A stretch of 64,000 bases of DNA from Anolis carolinensis. Lineage: Eukaryota. Positions within the stretch are counted from its first letter, which is position 1. Each line of letters starts with the position of its first letter. Of this stretch, positions 63,384-64,000 are shown piece after piece. The position numbers and the translations under genes were made by a program. Below the pieces are notes generated by a model that was not told the origin of the DNA, did no database searches, and saw only the letters and a list, made by a program, of their open reading frames with translations. The DNA lies in the NCBI RefSeq assembly GCF_035594765.1, contig NC_085845.1:29320024-29384023 (forward strand). Reading direction: 5' to 3'.

Positions 63384-64000
63384 TTTTAAAGATACTTTTA
63401 GCAGAAGATGTTCCATAAGACTCCTGCATGTACTTCTGATTTCTCCTAGGGCATGATTCTTCTTCTTTTTTTTTAATCATGGCTTCTCACAAGCAACTGC
63501 TCCCAATCTTCATAATATTTAATAATATTCTAATCTTCAATATTAGGTTTCTTCTCAGCAATAATGTTTTTACACGTTTGTTGTTATCTGTTGCCAAGTT
63601 GACTTTGCCTTATGGAGATGTTAAGAATAAAAGACCTCACCTTGTTATTGCTCTGGTCTTGCAAACCCAGGACTGTGATTGTGTATAACTGTAAACTTGA
63701 GCATATTAAAATGTGCTTTTTGCGTGCACACACACACACACACCTAAAGTGTTGTGGTGCAATAAAGACTAATTAATTTTATTTGGCACCAGCTTTTATG
63801 GAACATAGACTTTTTCAACAGGTACAGTTATTTGCACTATTTCTGCACTACTAAACTGGTATGCAATGGCCGCAGAAATTAGAGACTAATTTTATTGAAT
63901 TATCAACATTCTGGATTGTTCTGAGTACATTAGGTTTCTGGAACAAAACCTGAGATGAAGAAACAACCTCTGATGATATTTTAAAGTGTTATCTATTAAG

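Overview
Vertebrate (squamate) genomic DNA. The repeat content (Sauria SINE, CR1 with ATTCTATG tail, L2, Penelope, Vingi, hAT/Mariner/Harbinger MITEs) suggests an Anolis-type lizard; the species is inferred. The window holds the conserved block CFI(-) / GAR1(+) / RRH(+) / LRIT3(+, 5' part only). All exons were assembled by hand with consistent splice phases: CFI 13 coding exons, 577 aa (6109-21076, minus); GAR1 6 coding exons plus a probable non-coding exon 1, 213 aa, with a U12-type intron; RRH (peropsin) 7 exons, 333 aa; LRIT3 exons 1-2. The most unusual structure is a 6.0-kb composite hAT (Tip100-like) element between GAR1 and RRH (32540-38554). It has a perfect 8-bp TSD, two tandem left ends each carrying a CTCF motif, a captured CpG island, a possible captured exon and a transposase 5' remnant. 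Also notable: four Penelope-borne minimal hammerhead ribozymes, an RWKR furin linker in CFI, a Cys codon split across a micro-exon, and a homeodomain-site cluster between RRH and LRIT3. No wholly new gene system is evident.
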